Below the pieces are notes generated by a model. That model had not been told where the DNA came from and did not search any database. It saw only the letters and a program-made list of their open reading frames with translations. From Amphiscolops sp. MND2022 (Eukaryota), in NCBI GenBank assembly GCA_964187785.1, contig OZ076409.1, forward strand, positions 89,096,001-89,160,000: a DNA stretch of 64,000 bases. The letters run 5' to 3'. Shown in pieces: positions 49,419 to 60,967 of this stretch. Within the stretch, counting starts at the first letter, position 1. Every line of letters begins with the position of its first letter. The position numbers and the translations under genes were made by a program.

Positions 49419-50380
49419 TTGCCGGCCCTGTTTTTCTCCTGAAAAACACTTTCGTAGAACATGGGTGCCAGTTTCACTACTGGTCTTTTGAGTTTTCCAT
49501 CTTCCGTTTTCACCAGCGCTGATCTCACTCGCCCATCGCTTCCATGATAGACTTCCAACACTCTACCCATCTTGTAGTGCGCTCTTTTTACATTCTCATC
49601 CACTATCCAAACCAAATCATTGACTTCAAGTTGTCTAAATTCTTCTTTGATGCATTTTCCAAAAGAGTCACGTTGCATCATCATTTCTTCCCGTGATACA
49701 GCCGGCCCTATGAAAGGCCCACTTTCCGAACTTGTTGTTGTTTGTGCTTTTGAAGAACCCAATCGCGTTTCCATTAGCGATATTTCATCTGCAAATTCAT
49801 CTATCACAATCTTTGCATATAGGATGCCAGTTATATTCAACTGAGCGCTTTCGTTCCTTCCATGTAATCGAATTGAGATAGGTTCAAACTTCCAAGCTCG
49901 TTTCTCGAATTGCTTGCTCTGGCCAGTGTTCAGTTGAGTGTGCACGTTAGGGTTAGCTTGTGCCACTGCATTCATTCCCGAGTTTCCATTACCTAACCAG
50001 TTGCTACAATTTTCACTGTCGTTTGGAATAATTTTATCCAGAAGTTTTTCCTTCAACTCAACATCATGTTTGCTCCAAAATGACATCTTTACGGCTTTTG
50101 TTTCATCACTTGCATTGTCTTTAGACGGTTGATTGCGTTCCAACAAATCACTGAAATGTCGTCGATATATCGCTTTGCCTCGTGGAACTTCATGAAGTTC
50201 AATTTGACACTCTTTTACGAATTTAACCACTTTGTTCATTTGAGAACACCTTTTTCCCTCTTCAAGTGTTAAGGTCTTGGCAGCGAATTTCACGGCTTGC
50301 ATTTGAGCTGGTTGTTTTTCTTCGACATGCTGTCGTACAGAGGCGACATCTACATTCTCTTTCAGCAAATCAAGCTTCAC
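49364..50380 (-). CDS. Shrunken BEL pol remnant ending in a DUF5641-like C-terminus
   Basis: LEVNDLVWIVDE..YKMGRVLEVYHGSDGRVRSALVKT..KRPVVKL; no YxDD and no integrase core. Confidence 0.75.
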   Translation of the reverse strand: MKLDLLKENVDVASVRQHVEEKQPAQMQAVKFAAKTLTLEEGKRCSQMNKVVKFVKECQIELHEVPRGKAIYRRHFSDLLERNQPSKDNASDETKAVKMSFWSKHDVELKEKLLDKIIPNDSENCSNWLGNGNSGMNAVAQANPNVHTQLNTGQSKQFEKRAWKFEPISIRLHGRNESAQLNITGILYAKIVIDEFADEISLMETRLGSSKAQTTTSSESGPFIGPAVSREEMMMQRDSFGKCIKEEFRQLEVNDLVWIVDENVKRAHYKMGRVLEVYHGSDGRVRSALVKTEDGKLKRPVVKLAPMFYESVFQEKNRAGNVGASHQKAEKVDLQHAD

Positions 50381-53300
50381 AGTAAAGTCTTCCCTGGTGC
50401 GGAGGTTTGATTTAATTGCAAAACTTTCATGTTCGTTTTTTCTTCTACAATTGAGAAACCCATGTTTTTGTCTTGTTCGACTATCATATGGTCACTCACA
50501 GCTAGGTGCATTTCGTCTTGCCAGACTTGTTTGATCTCCAAAAGGAGGGGTTTAGTACTGACTTCCAGCCAGTTTCTTCCTACAACGAATATGTCTGGTG
50601 AGTTCTCCGCATTTTCCTTGGACATTTCGGATACGCTGCAGTGGGAAGTATACAATTCCATAATGCTCGACCGAGTTTTCATCTGATCCACCGAGGGGTC
50701 CACATCTGCAAAAACCAAACTTTCAGTGGCGAACTTCGCAGTTTCTTGTTGAGGCAAGGGTCCACTAAGCATCCACCCCAATTTTGTCAATACGGCCCAA
50801 GGTTTTGACTTTCCACATTTTCTATACCCAATGGCTCTATGCAAGTGGTAACAATCTTGTCCCAAGATGACTTTTACATCTTTCAGGTTGATGGTAGAAT
50901 CTTTCAGCACTGACAGGTGTGGATATTCTTCCTTCAATTTCTTGAGGTTGTACGTTCGATTTCCTGCATTTACGTCGGGATGACTATAGGCCATGATATC
51001 TTCTTTGACTTTTCCTTGTTGATCGCCAATCCTGACCCTTAGTCGTTTGCTACTAATATCTGACGCACCATGAATCCCTGCAACATTCAAATCCACTGGT
51101 TGTCCCGTTAGATTTAGCGTTTTCATCAGGCTCTCGTCTACGAAGGACAGGCTTGCTCCAGAGTCACACAAAGCGAATGTTTTCAGAGTTTTGCTCCCAC
51201 TCCCTATTGTTACAGGAATGACTGGAAGCCCTCCACTGCTTCTCATTGAGGACAGGTTTGAGACCTCATCGACATTTTCAACATTTTGCATCTGTTCCTC
51301 GTTCTTGTAAGGTCGGTGTAGCAATCGGTGATGAGGTTTTCCGCAACCATTGACGTGGCAGAGTCTACCAGAGCAATTTCTCATCTGATGTGCGTCTGAC
51401 AAGCATTTGAAGCACAGCTTCAGTTCTTTCGCCTTTTGTCCTCTTTCTTCGACGTTCATCTTCTTGAATTTCTCACATTTCCATATTGGATGTTTGCCAT
51501 CTTTCAGCGCACACTCTCGCTGGTATTTTGAGTTGTCACTGGTTGTGTTTGCTGTTGATGTGGCAAACGTGGAGCCTTTGGCCTTTTCCTTGTAGTTCGA
51601 CTTCGCGCGATCAGCATTCGGGTTTGAAGACAAAAGCAATTCGTCTTGAACATCTGCTATATCATTGAGCCATTCACTGAACACAGCGAGTCCAGGTTGA
51701 TACAGGTTCATTTGCTTGACATAAGTGAGCCACTTCGTTTTCGTGTCCAGTGTTAATTTCCTTGTGGCACTGCCTAAAACTCCTTCTGAGTTTAGGTCTC
51801 CCACGTAGTTGAATTGTGTCAAAACATTCACGCAACTCGACACTATTCTCGCAAACTTGATCAATGCGGCTCCATCATAAGGTTTCATCGGAGGGAACGA
51901 ATAGATTCGCTTCAACTGGGCGTTCACAACCATTTGAGGTTTTCCAAAGTTTCGAACTAGAACGTTCCACGCCACATTGTACATCTCAGCAGTGTAACCC
52001 AGACCAGCAAGAGCCTCTTTCGCTTTGCCCGTGACCATTGTTTTCAGGTGGTTCATTTTTACACTGTCGTCTATGTTCGCTGCATGGACGGTTGCTTGGA
52101 ATAGTTGTGACCACTCTGGCCACTCCAATGGGTCACCTGAGAATTCTGTCAACTTCAATTTTGGCAAGCTAGATCTGATGTAGTAGTCATCTTTTGCATT
52201 TGAGGCAAAGTTTGGTCCTTGACTGGGCAAATACTGTTTTTGTGTGTTCGCAAGCTGTGGTACTTGAAATGCACCACTCTGGATGCCTCCAAACGTAGGC
52301 GGTAACCGATTCGGGTCTGCACTGAGAGTCATCGACGGCTTTGATGGGGCGAATTTCACTTCTGGTTGTGCTGTTGCTCTTTGACTGACAGCATCTATGA
52401 CAGTCTTTGTTCTGTGCTTTCCAATACCTCGACTAGCGGCTTCGGTGGATATAGTCGGTTTCACTGGAGGATTCAAGTCCCTCACTAGCGCGGAGCATTG
52501 TCCTTCATGCATCGATTGTACTGTTATTACTGGTGCTGAGACGGACGTTTGCTGGTATACAGATGGCACGTTAGTCGTCGATGCCACGTTTTCAGTTTCT
52601 TCTGTCTTGTCCATCCAATCTGAGACTTTCGTCAGATTGTCGTCTGGAGTCTCGACTGGTGAGATACTCCGGAAACTAGACCCACAACTACTCGGAACTT
52701 TCGCCATCTCTATTTCTTTTTCGGCTATTTTGGCTTTGCGGGCCAGCTTTTCTTGTAAGTCTGCTATTTCATTCTGTTCCGCATTGCGTCTGAGTTTCTC
52801 CAGGCGACTTTGCAATTCTTCTTGCTCTTTCAAAGCGTTTAGTTCCAAATCGAGAACTCGTCTTGCACTTGATGTTTTTGAAATCACAGACGTTTTGTTG
52901 CTTTTGGTTCTTTTACTTCGCGAGTGTATGCTCAATTCTTCTATTGGCAATGATCTAGCACATTTGTTTCGCTCTTGGCTGTCATCCGCGTTATAACCAT
53001 TGTCTTCTTTCTGCTCCTCGTCTGGTTCGGGCTCCTTTTGTGTTGAAGTGTCATTTCTACTTGATTTGTCTGCGGCTACGCTTGCGCGAACGTCTGCCAG
53101 TCTTTGTTCATCGTCTTCAAGACTTCGCAAAATGGCTCCTCCTTCTCCTGTCTTCAGCAGATCTTCAATCTTCGTTTTAATGTCAGACCGTTTCTGCAGC
53201 AATTCTTGACATGCTGCAGCATAATCTTCTTCGTCGACAACTTTGCCATTTGCGATTGAATCTTCCCGCAACTTTTTGTTGCTATCCATTAGTCTATCAA

Positions 53301-53724
53301 TAGCACGTTTCTTTTCGTCAAGATCCAAGTAATTTAGTATCTGATTTTCGTCTTGCAATGCTGACATCAGCATTTGTACCCTTCCAACGCTAGAGCTTTG
53401 CTGCTGCAACTCAGCCAATCGGCTCTGCATTTCTTTGTTCACTGTTGAGAAGATTTCGGGTATCTGCGGCTGATACTTGACTTTGATCGCATTTTCGACT
53501 GCCTTAATGAGCCGATCCCTCCTGTTTGTGGCATCTGTTCGTCTTAGCAGTAAATCTGCTATCTGCTTGTCGTCAACATTGCTAGGTAGGTTCTCATCAA
53601 TTTCTTTGACAGTCTTACCGTGTTCAACAGCTGCATTCCAATAACTCAACGTTTGGGCTTTGTCACCAGAGTTCTTCAGAAAGTTTTCGATTTTGTTGAT
53701 ATCGAACCGTTTTGGTTCTGCCAT
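50377..53724 (-). CDS. BEL/Pao Gag-protease (DUF1759-like capsid, Cys/His knuckles, DSGA protease)
   Basis: LPKLKLTEFSGDPLEWPEW; LCFKCLSDAH..C; CGKPHHRLLH; ALCDSGASLSF; open for 1115 aa. Confidence 0.9.
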   Translation of the reverse strand: MAEPKRFDINKIENFLKNSGDKAQTLSYWNAAVEHGKTVKEIDENLPSNVDDKQIADLLLRRTDATNRRDRLIKAVENAIKVKYQPQIPEIFSTVNKEMQSRLAELQQQSSSVGRVQMLMSALQDENQILNYLDLDEKKRAIDRLMDSNKKLREDSIANGKVVDEEDYAAACQELLQKRSDIKTKIEDLLKTGEGGAILRSLEDDEQRLADVRASVAADKSSRNDTSTQKEPEPDEEQKEDNGYNADDSQERNKCARSLPIEELSIHSRSKRTKSNKTSVISKTSSARRVLDLELNALKEQEELQSRLEKLRRNAEQNEIADLQEKLARKAKIAEKEIEMAKVPSSCGSSFRSISPVETPDDNLTKVSDWMDKTEETENVASTTNVPSVYQQTSVSAPVITVQSMHEGQCSALVRDLNPPVKPTISTEAASRGIGKHRTKTVIDAVSQRATAQPEVKFAPSKPSMTLSADPNRLPPTFGGIQSGAFQVPQLANTQKQYLPSQGPNFASNAKDDYYIRSSLPKLKLTEFSGDPLEWPEWSQLFQATVHAANIDDSVKMNHLKTMVTGKAKEALAGLGYTAEMYNVAWNVLVRNFGKPQMVVNAQLKRIYSFPPMKPYDGAALIKFARIVSSCVNVLTQFNYVGDLNSEGVLGSATRKLTLDTKTKWLTYVKQMNLYQPGLAVFSEWLNDIADVQDELLLSSNPNADRAKSNYKEKAKGSTFATSTANTTSDNSKYQRECALKDGKHPIWKCEKFKKMNVEERGQKAKELKLCFKCLSDAHQMRNCSGRLCHVNGCGKPHHRLLHRPYKNEEQMQNVENVDEVSNLSSMRSSGGLPVIPVTIGSGSKTLKTFALCDSGASLSFVDESLMKTLNLTGQPVDLNVAGIHGASDISSKRLRVRIGDQQGKVKEDIMAYSHPDVNAGNRTYNLKKLKEEYPHLSVLKDSTINLKDVKVILGQDCYHLHRAIGYRKCGKSKPWAVLTKLGWMLSGPLPQQETAKFATESLVFADVDPSVDQMKTRSSIMELYTSHCSVSEMSKENAENSPDIFVVGRNWLEVSTKPLLLEIKQVWQDEMHLAVSDHMIVEQDKNMGFSIVEEKTNMKVLQLNQTSAPGKTLL

Positions 53725-53760
53725 CTCTTCTCTTGTCGATTGAACTCAGTTCCTAAAATC

Positions 53761-53955
53761 ACAATAGCCCAAACTCCCAGAGACACAATAGCCCAATCTC
53801 CCAGAGACACAAAAGCCCAATCTCCCAGAGACACAATAGCCCAATCTCCCAGAGACACAATAGCCCAATCTCCAAGAGACACAATAGCCCAATCTCCCAG
53901 AGACACAATAGCCCAATCTCCCAGAGACACAATAGCCCAATCTCCCAGAGACACA
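53761..53955. repeat. 24-bp tandem repeat x8 in the BEL 5' UTR
   Basis: (acaatagcccaatctcccagagac)n. Confidence 0.95.
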
Positions 53956-54106
53956 GTAGTCAGAGACTCCAAGAATCAGACACTTGTTCTTTCTGGGCAA
54001 TTTTCTCTGTTGTACACCAACGAGTCGTCTTCTTCTAGTCAGGGGCGTCCACCAACGAGTTGTCCGGGTCGGCGGACCAACTAGTTGTCCGCGTCGGCGG
54101 ACCAAA

Positions 54107-55028
54107 TGTAACGGCTGCTTGCCTTTATCCTGCGCTGAGGCTTGACAAGCTTTACGCCGCCCTGATCCGTTGCTTAGTGCTGTGGACCGTCACTAAACAA
54201 TTCCTGGTTTTTCGTGTTTTAAAGGACTGTATCTTTTGGCTGGTGGGTCCGATGTGACCCGTGGAATCTCCTGCGATTCCGCTTTGCACTGAATTGGATC
54301 CGTTGTGACCCTGCACACACTTCCCTCACAGTATCTTCACGCGCTCCGGCTCTCCAACTATGAGAGTAGCTACTTAGTCGCTCTAACTCTAGCGAAAAGT
54401 TGTGAAGATTGAGAAGTTGATTAATTAGTCTTGCGGTCCTGAGACCCAACTTGACTATAGCTATTCAGTGGAGAAAATCTCTGTCTAATAATGGTATAAA
54501 TGTGGTTTACAATTCTACAGTAAATATAAGCAAATATAAGTTGAAATATGTTGTATAAATAAATGACATTTGAGTGAATTATTAAAGTTATTGGCTATGT
54601 AAACAAAGATTGTGGTGGTTTTGGCATGTTGGTCAGGTGGGTTAGAAAGTATGTTTACACTATGTAAATGTCATTAATTTCAACAGAGTTACATTCTAAT
54701 GTGGTCATAAGGTTAAATAACAAAGTTTACATTTTTGGTTCAATGACCTTGAACACTACACATGTGAGGGGTAAAGGGAGTTATAATGGGTGGATGACCT
54801 TGAAACTGGGCCGGTGTGTTTGTGTTAGGTACTTGCGTATGTGTGCCAAGTTTCATGGCTCTATGATTAATAGTCTTGGAGAAAACCCATTTGGCGGGGG
54901 GGTTTCCATTTTGGTCCCCCTCATTATTTGATCAAATTTTCATCTAAGTTTTTAAGAGTTTAAGTCTTGTTTCTCAATCAGCATGTTCTAAATCGACTTT
55001 CTCTGCCTTTTGATGACTGGCGCCAACA
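54107..55028 (-). repeat. BEL 5' LTR
   Basis: Followed on the minus strand by PBS-like TGGTCCGCCGAC. Confidence 0.92.
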
Positions 55029-55033
55029 CAGGT

Positions 55034-56529
55034 ATCACAAAGATGATACAAGAGGTGAGGCAGAAATACTATTACCCGTGCATTGCAAAATACATTAAAA
55101 AATGGGTGAGTAATTGTCAAACCTGCATACAAACCAAAAGGATCAATAATGACCTTCTCAAAACCGAACTACTTAATTGCCCAGAATGGGACCTCGGCCC
55201 TGAAGACATCCTCCAAATGGACATCCTACCAAATCTTCCACCCAGTGGCGGATACGACCACATTATAACAGCAATTGATGTCTTCTCGCGATACTTGTTT
55301 GCCTACCCAGTGACTCGAATCACCGCAACATCAGTCGCTCGAGTAATAATGGACATTTTATGCAAACATACATACCTTCCAACAACCATAATCACAGACC
55401 TTGGCACACAATTCAACGCCCAAGTAACACACGAAGTCACAGCAGTCCTAGGTGTTGAGCTTAAACGTGCAACAATGAAACACGCTCAAACAATAGGACT
55501 CCTGGAAAGAACACATGCTTCAGTCAAAACCCAACTCAAAGCAGCAACTGGAGAATTCCGACATAATTGGCATAAATTTCTCCCGTTAGCAGTACTAAAT
55601 CACAACACAACATATCATGCATCGCTTGGTTGCGAGCCTTCACGAGTTTTTCATGGTCGCATACCACACAACATACTAGATTACAAGTTATGATATAATC
55701 CTAATCCGAAATACCAACCCCATTCTGATGTCGCAGAAGAAATACAAAGAAGAATGAGAATACTTTTAGACCAAACCAAAAAGAACATAATGCAATCCTA
55801 TCTTAAATACAAAGCCTATTATGATAGGAAGGCCAAGGCATCACCGCTGGAAACAACGGACTACTGCTACATTTTAAATCCGAAAGCTGACACGCAGGCA
55901 ACGAAAATACCATTCCGTGAATTCAGGTGGCAGGGTCCTTACAAAGTTGAAAAAGTCCTTCCTAACAACAATTACATAGTTAGAAGACTAGGAACAAACA
56001 AAACACAACTCTTACACCGAATTCGGTTGAGGAAATTTACACCGCAAGCACCTTTAGCTGACATTTTTGTCCGCGAAGCCGACTGGCAAAAAGATGATCA
56101 AATGCCAGTGGCTCACGATGACTTATATGCCCAATCATGGAACACAAACTTTGGACCTAATCCCTTCGAAGATAGTCCTCCGAATAATACACAAGACACT
56201 GATGATGTGGAATACCTACCTGTCGATGCACCTGAAAATAACCACCCTCCCTCCCTCGAATTTCCAAAAAACAGTGGGGGATCCCAGTGGAACAGTCCAC
56301 TGGACGTGAAGAAGAAAATTATGATGAAATCCAGCAAGAAATTCAAAATGATGATACAGAAACCTCCCAAGAAACTCCAAAAGAAAATACACCAGAAAAA
56401 CAAACCCAAAAAAGCCCAGAAAACTCACAAAATACCCCATTGCAAAAAGAACCCATAAATACTTGTGGTGAAAAATACAACCTACGTCCCAACCCCAACC
56501 CAAACTTCTCCGACTCGTATAGATACTGA
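55034..56529 (+). pseudogene. pol of Gypsy-B, 3' part (integrase)
   Basis: ITKMIQEVRQKYYYP..CQTC; D, D35E core; GPY; ends NLRPNPNPNFSDSYRY like Gypsy-A. Confidence 0.92.
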
Positions 56530-56708
56530 AAAACTGACAAATGAAGACTTCTTATCTTTTTCTCCGGAGCTTTTTTCATTGTTTTTACTGTTGTTGGCTT
56601 TAATAATGTACAACAACTGCTCCTCTAAATACTCATAGTAACATCAGAGACATAACAATAACATACAAACAGTAAATACAAAAAACGAGAATTGTTTTAA
56701 ACAGTACA

Positions 56709-59700
56709 TTAGTTTTTGGAACCCTTGCCAGCCTTTGCTGCATGTTTCTGACCACTGCCAGAAGCGCCATCATTAGCACAGCGAGCAACACTGACCGAAA
56801 CCCGTCCGAGATTGAGGCCAGAGCTAGGGGAACCACTTGTGCTAGGAGAGCGACTAATAGTGGGGGTAGACATATCCAGAAACAGAGGTAGCCCTTCACT
56901 CGGCAACACACACTTCTTGTATGCACCCTCCATTTTCTCTATCAAACCAACTCTCCGCGGTACATTTCCCTTTAAGAAATCCCAAATCAAAAATTTCCTG
57001 TCTTTGATCAGAGCACGCCCTCGTCCCAGCAGGCGAAAGACGCGACAGATAGTTTTTGTGTCCCCATATAAACTGGAGACATTGGACACCGTGGAATATG
57101 ATAATTGCAGACTCCGAATTGCAGAATTGTATGAATCCTTATCGGATGCCAAATCAGGTATGGGCAAGTCAAACTTTGTAGGGATGGACATCACCGGGTG
57201 CAAACACAAACAGGCGAATCTGAATACCTGCAGAAGCGAAGGGCGGCGCTGCATTTCATAATGGGACACAAGATACTGTATCCAGCCATCTCTGGGAATG
57301 TTCTCCACCAGACGCAACTTCACGATTAAAGCGCGGTACTCGCTCACACATGTAACTTTGTTACTGGCGGTCAACCAACCTTTAGCGACAAAATGACTAC
57401 TCAGGCATTCTATAGCCCCGACGTAATTCTGTTCCGGACCGTCCAACATGACAGCAGGGTCAAATGCCGACAAACCCCGCATGAGATCAGAAGTAACGAT
57501 TTCGTGGGTGAGGAGGACAGTGCAAAAGGCCTTGCAAAAAGCAAGAGACTGTTCCACGAACTTGCTAGGCCGTGGGAGCCGACTAGAAGCCACTAAATCG
57601 TGGTAAGTTGGATTCATGGCAAACTCTGCAGGGGTTTTGTATGGCAGATTGGGATCATTTAAATCAACTTTCAAAAAGCCATCCCAGTTTGAGACGTCTC
57701 AGAGGAAACTATCAGGAAACAGATTCTGGAGCTGGCTGTATATAAAGACTGAGTATTGATTATACAGTCTAAATCCATATTCAATGCTCCCAAGGATGCC
57801 CGAAAATGCTGAGTTATCTAAAACAAGAAAAAAACCTAATCAAAACAACGAAAGAACAATAGAACACCAAGTAAAATAGTGAAATGAAGCGCTTTAGGGA
57901 ACAGCGACGTCACCCTACTGAATCCAGCACGCGCATATACACTGCAGTACAAACTTAATTTCTTGATTATGCGTCATTGCGCGGAATTTTCCGACAGTAC
58001 ACACGCTGTCATACGTAATTGAGCAGCTGACCATGCGTCAACATGCGTAAAGTGTCTTGACGCATGTGCGTCAACATACGGTCCTGATTGTTTGACTACG
58101 CGTCACTATGCGGAAAGTAACTAAACGCATATACGTCTGTAGCATATCTAACTGCCAGGTTATACGTCACTATGCGGATATTAGTGAAATGAATATACGT
58201 CAATATACGGCGTGGAATGATTTGCCAAAAATGAATGATAAATTCCAAAATTTCCAAGCATCTTAACAAGCTGGGATTGACGATATATACACGTGCAATT
58301 TTCAGTTCATGGAGTCTCTAACCTTATGTGTATACGAAGGGCACCGCCAATAATATCAGCGTCATCACGCGGAAAAGAGACAGAGTCTATACTAACAAAG
58401 GCGGATCTATAATATCGGACATGCGGTATTGTATGGAGATGGAATCCACAAATATACGTGACTATACGGATTTTAGAATTAACATAGTTTATGGCAATAC
58501 TAACACAAACGCAGTAGCAAAGTGTAAAATATACCAAACAAACTTAAAGTTAAGAAGGTAACTACATGATTTTGAGTCCAAAAAGACAAAAAACGAAACA
58601 GTAGGAATCAATGCAACAATGAAAGACAGTTGGCCGATTCAAAAGAAACAGATGGTGAAGTACACTAACAGTGGTCAATGACGCATCGGATAATAAACAG
58701 GCGAGCAAGGTAGGCGGTATCCAACCGAAAACATTCGTCCAATGTACTGGGCTAAAACATTCAATAAAACATTACAGTTTCGTGATGGCATTCAACAAGA
58801 CATTCGTGAAGATTAATATTGTACCTCTTTCATGTGGAAACGATAGGCAGGGAGGCGGGCAACTTGCGACAGATGTTCCCTGACCCGATCCCAGTTGCGA
58901 GAAAGGCATTCAATTAGCTCTGAGGCCTCTTCCAATGAATATTGCAAGGAGAGGACACACTAAAACCAAAGATAGGATGAACAAAAATAACTAGAAACAC
59001 CACTCACAAACAATAGAATAAAGAATATTAAATAACCTTGTGGAGTAATGGAAGTGACTGCAACCAATTTTTGTCGAGGGCAGTACGAAGTTTCATCAAC
59101 AAAAAGTCCACGATAGTACGAAAATCATGTCGCTCGATAATCTTTGCGGTAGGTAAAGCCAGGCATCGTTCAAATTCTTCAGGACCGAAATTGTTAACAA
59201 TGCAAGGACGTTGTCTGCCAGGTAATTCAGTACTCAGACAAGAATTCAATTTCTCACCCATTCCATTAAGGCTAAGACAAGGTGGTGGAGATTCGAATAA
59301 ACTGAGGAAGGAAGCAATCAGTGACAGGACTTTACGAGGGATCAATAACCCACGAGGACCAATGCCAATGCACACTTGATGAACCACGTTCCCAGACCAA
59401 AAGTTGACGAATAAATATGTCTCTGTATCAGTGTAACACAAGGACAAGGAATAACTTCCGCTGGATGACGAATTGGTAACGCAGTAGTGGATTAATTCAC
59501 GGAACATGTGCACTATAATTCCCTGGAAACAACAAGACTCTCAGTATTCTTAGCTAAACTTCAATAGGACAATTAAAAACCGGAATGATGAAACTACTTG
59601 ATAATAACAAAAATATTAGAAAATGATGAAAGAAACTTACAAATAGTCGATGAGGACTCCAATTGAAAGCACCAGCAGATCCACTTCCCCCAGCGAACTG

Positions 59701-60967
59701 AGTAACTTCATCGTAAATGTCTGTTAGGCAAGACAGATGTCCTCCATTCCGTAACCCAATCTCGATGATGCAAATTTGAGAGATCACAGTTTCAACGGGA
59801 CTTTTTCCTACCCCAGAGCTTGGGAGTTCATCCTGACCAACAAGCAAACGACATGGGTCAAGTTGCGGGGCAATGGGATAAGTCTCCTTAGCGAGTTTCT
59901 TGGCGTTTGTTAGTGCTTGCCCTTGCAATTCATTCTCGTACTTATCAAACAGCGGCATTCCAGGGGTTTCCATCCGAACCCTGGGTTCTTTGACTAAGTG
60001 TGACTCGGTCCTGTACTGGGCAAGCAGTTCCAGTATTCCACGACTCATTAAAGATAATTCGAGTTTACAAACCCGACACCACCACTTGTATGGGGTTTTC
60101 TCTCGGTCTATTGGGCCAGTTGCTGATAGTTTGAGAACGGGATGTTTCCGGAACATACTCCCCTTAAGGGAATACCGTGGGCGTTGACGTTTGCCCCTTA
60201 CGGTTGGCCGTTCGTCGGACTCACAGGATAACTGCTGACCAAACGCGTCTGCCCCAACATATTCATCTGTGCCAGACTGGCTCAGATATCGATGAGACGG
60301 CCCAGGGGGGTTGTCTATTACGGACACCGACAATCCCATATCAGCTGCCACGTCAGTCCCTTGTAGGAAAGATGGTGGAATCCTACCCAGCACACTATTC
60401 AAGGCGATAATTTCGTTGCGGGTTATGCTGATACTTGGTGTGATCAGCCCGTCATATGCCTATTTGCCTCCGCTTGGGCTTGCTCCTGGGGAGGCCAATC
60501 GCTAGTTTCTCCCTCAGAAGGGACTTGGTGCTCAGCCAACTCGTCAGTCTCTGCTGTTTCACTCGCGGGTTGGGGAGATTGAATGAATTGAGTAAATCGT
60601 GGGGAGGAAGTCTGTAATTTGGGTGGAGACAGATTGTCAACATTTACTCTTATTTCGACTCCTGGTGGGCTCTCCACTTGCAAGGTAGTGATTCCAGAGA
60701 GAAGTGGTGTGACTAATGCCTCAGGGGTGAGAAGACCGCCAGCAGGAAGTGTCTCAGTTGGTGGATTTGTTGCTTCAACAATTTCAAGTGGGGGATCTAC
60801 GGTTGAACTCTCGATGGTTATCACGCTGATGTGATCTTGAACGAGTTCTGGTGCAGTTTCAGAAGGATGAACGGGCGGGGCTTCCAAAGGCACATAAACT
60901 CTAGTGGGCGACCGAGCTGGTGACTTCTCCGTTGAGCCGAGTTCAACTGAAGCAGACGTTTCTATGA
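56709..60967 (-). pseudogene. Spliced antisense gene inside Gypsy-B, hAT-transposase-like (~1000 aa); exons ~60967-59641, 59522-59037, 58959-58825, 58751-58670, 57817-56709
   Basis: Four GT-AG introns with matching phases; zinc finger WWCRVC..G..EL....T.SH; this copy has a frameshift/stop near 60460-60500 and a TGA at 57699-57701; 5' end uncertain. Confidence 0.7.

Larger units (their letters stand above)
48498..55028 (-). mobile_element. BEL/Pao LTR retrotransposon, non-autonomous, nested in the Gypsy-B integrase
   Basis: TG..CA LTRs 48498-49418 and 54107-55028, about 99% identical by eye; 5-bp TSD caggt (48493-48497 and 55029-55033). Confidence 0.95.

Noticed and set aside
53761..53955. 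Possible CRISPR array or repeat protein (TIAQSPRD)n
   Set aside because: Contiguous 24-bp units with no spacers, no cas genes and a eukaryotic context; the ORFs are by-products of a repeat whose length is a multiple of 3.
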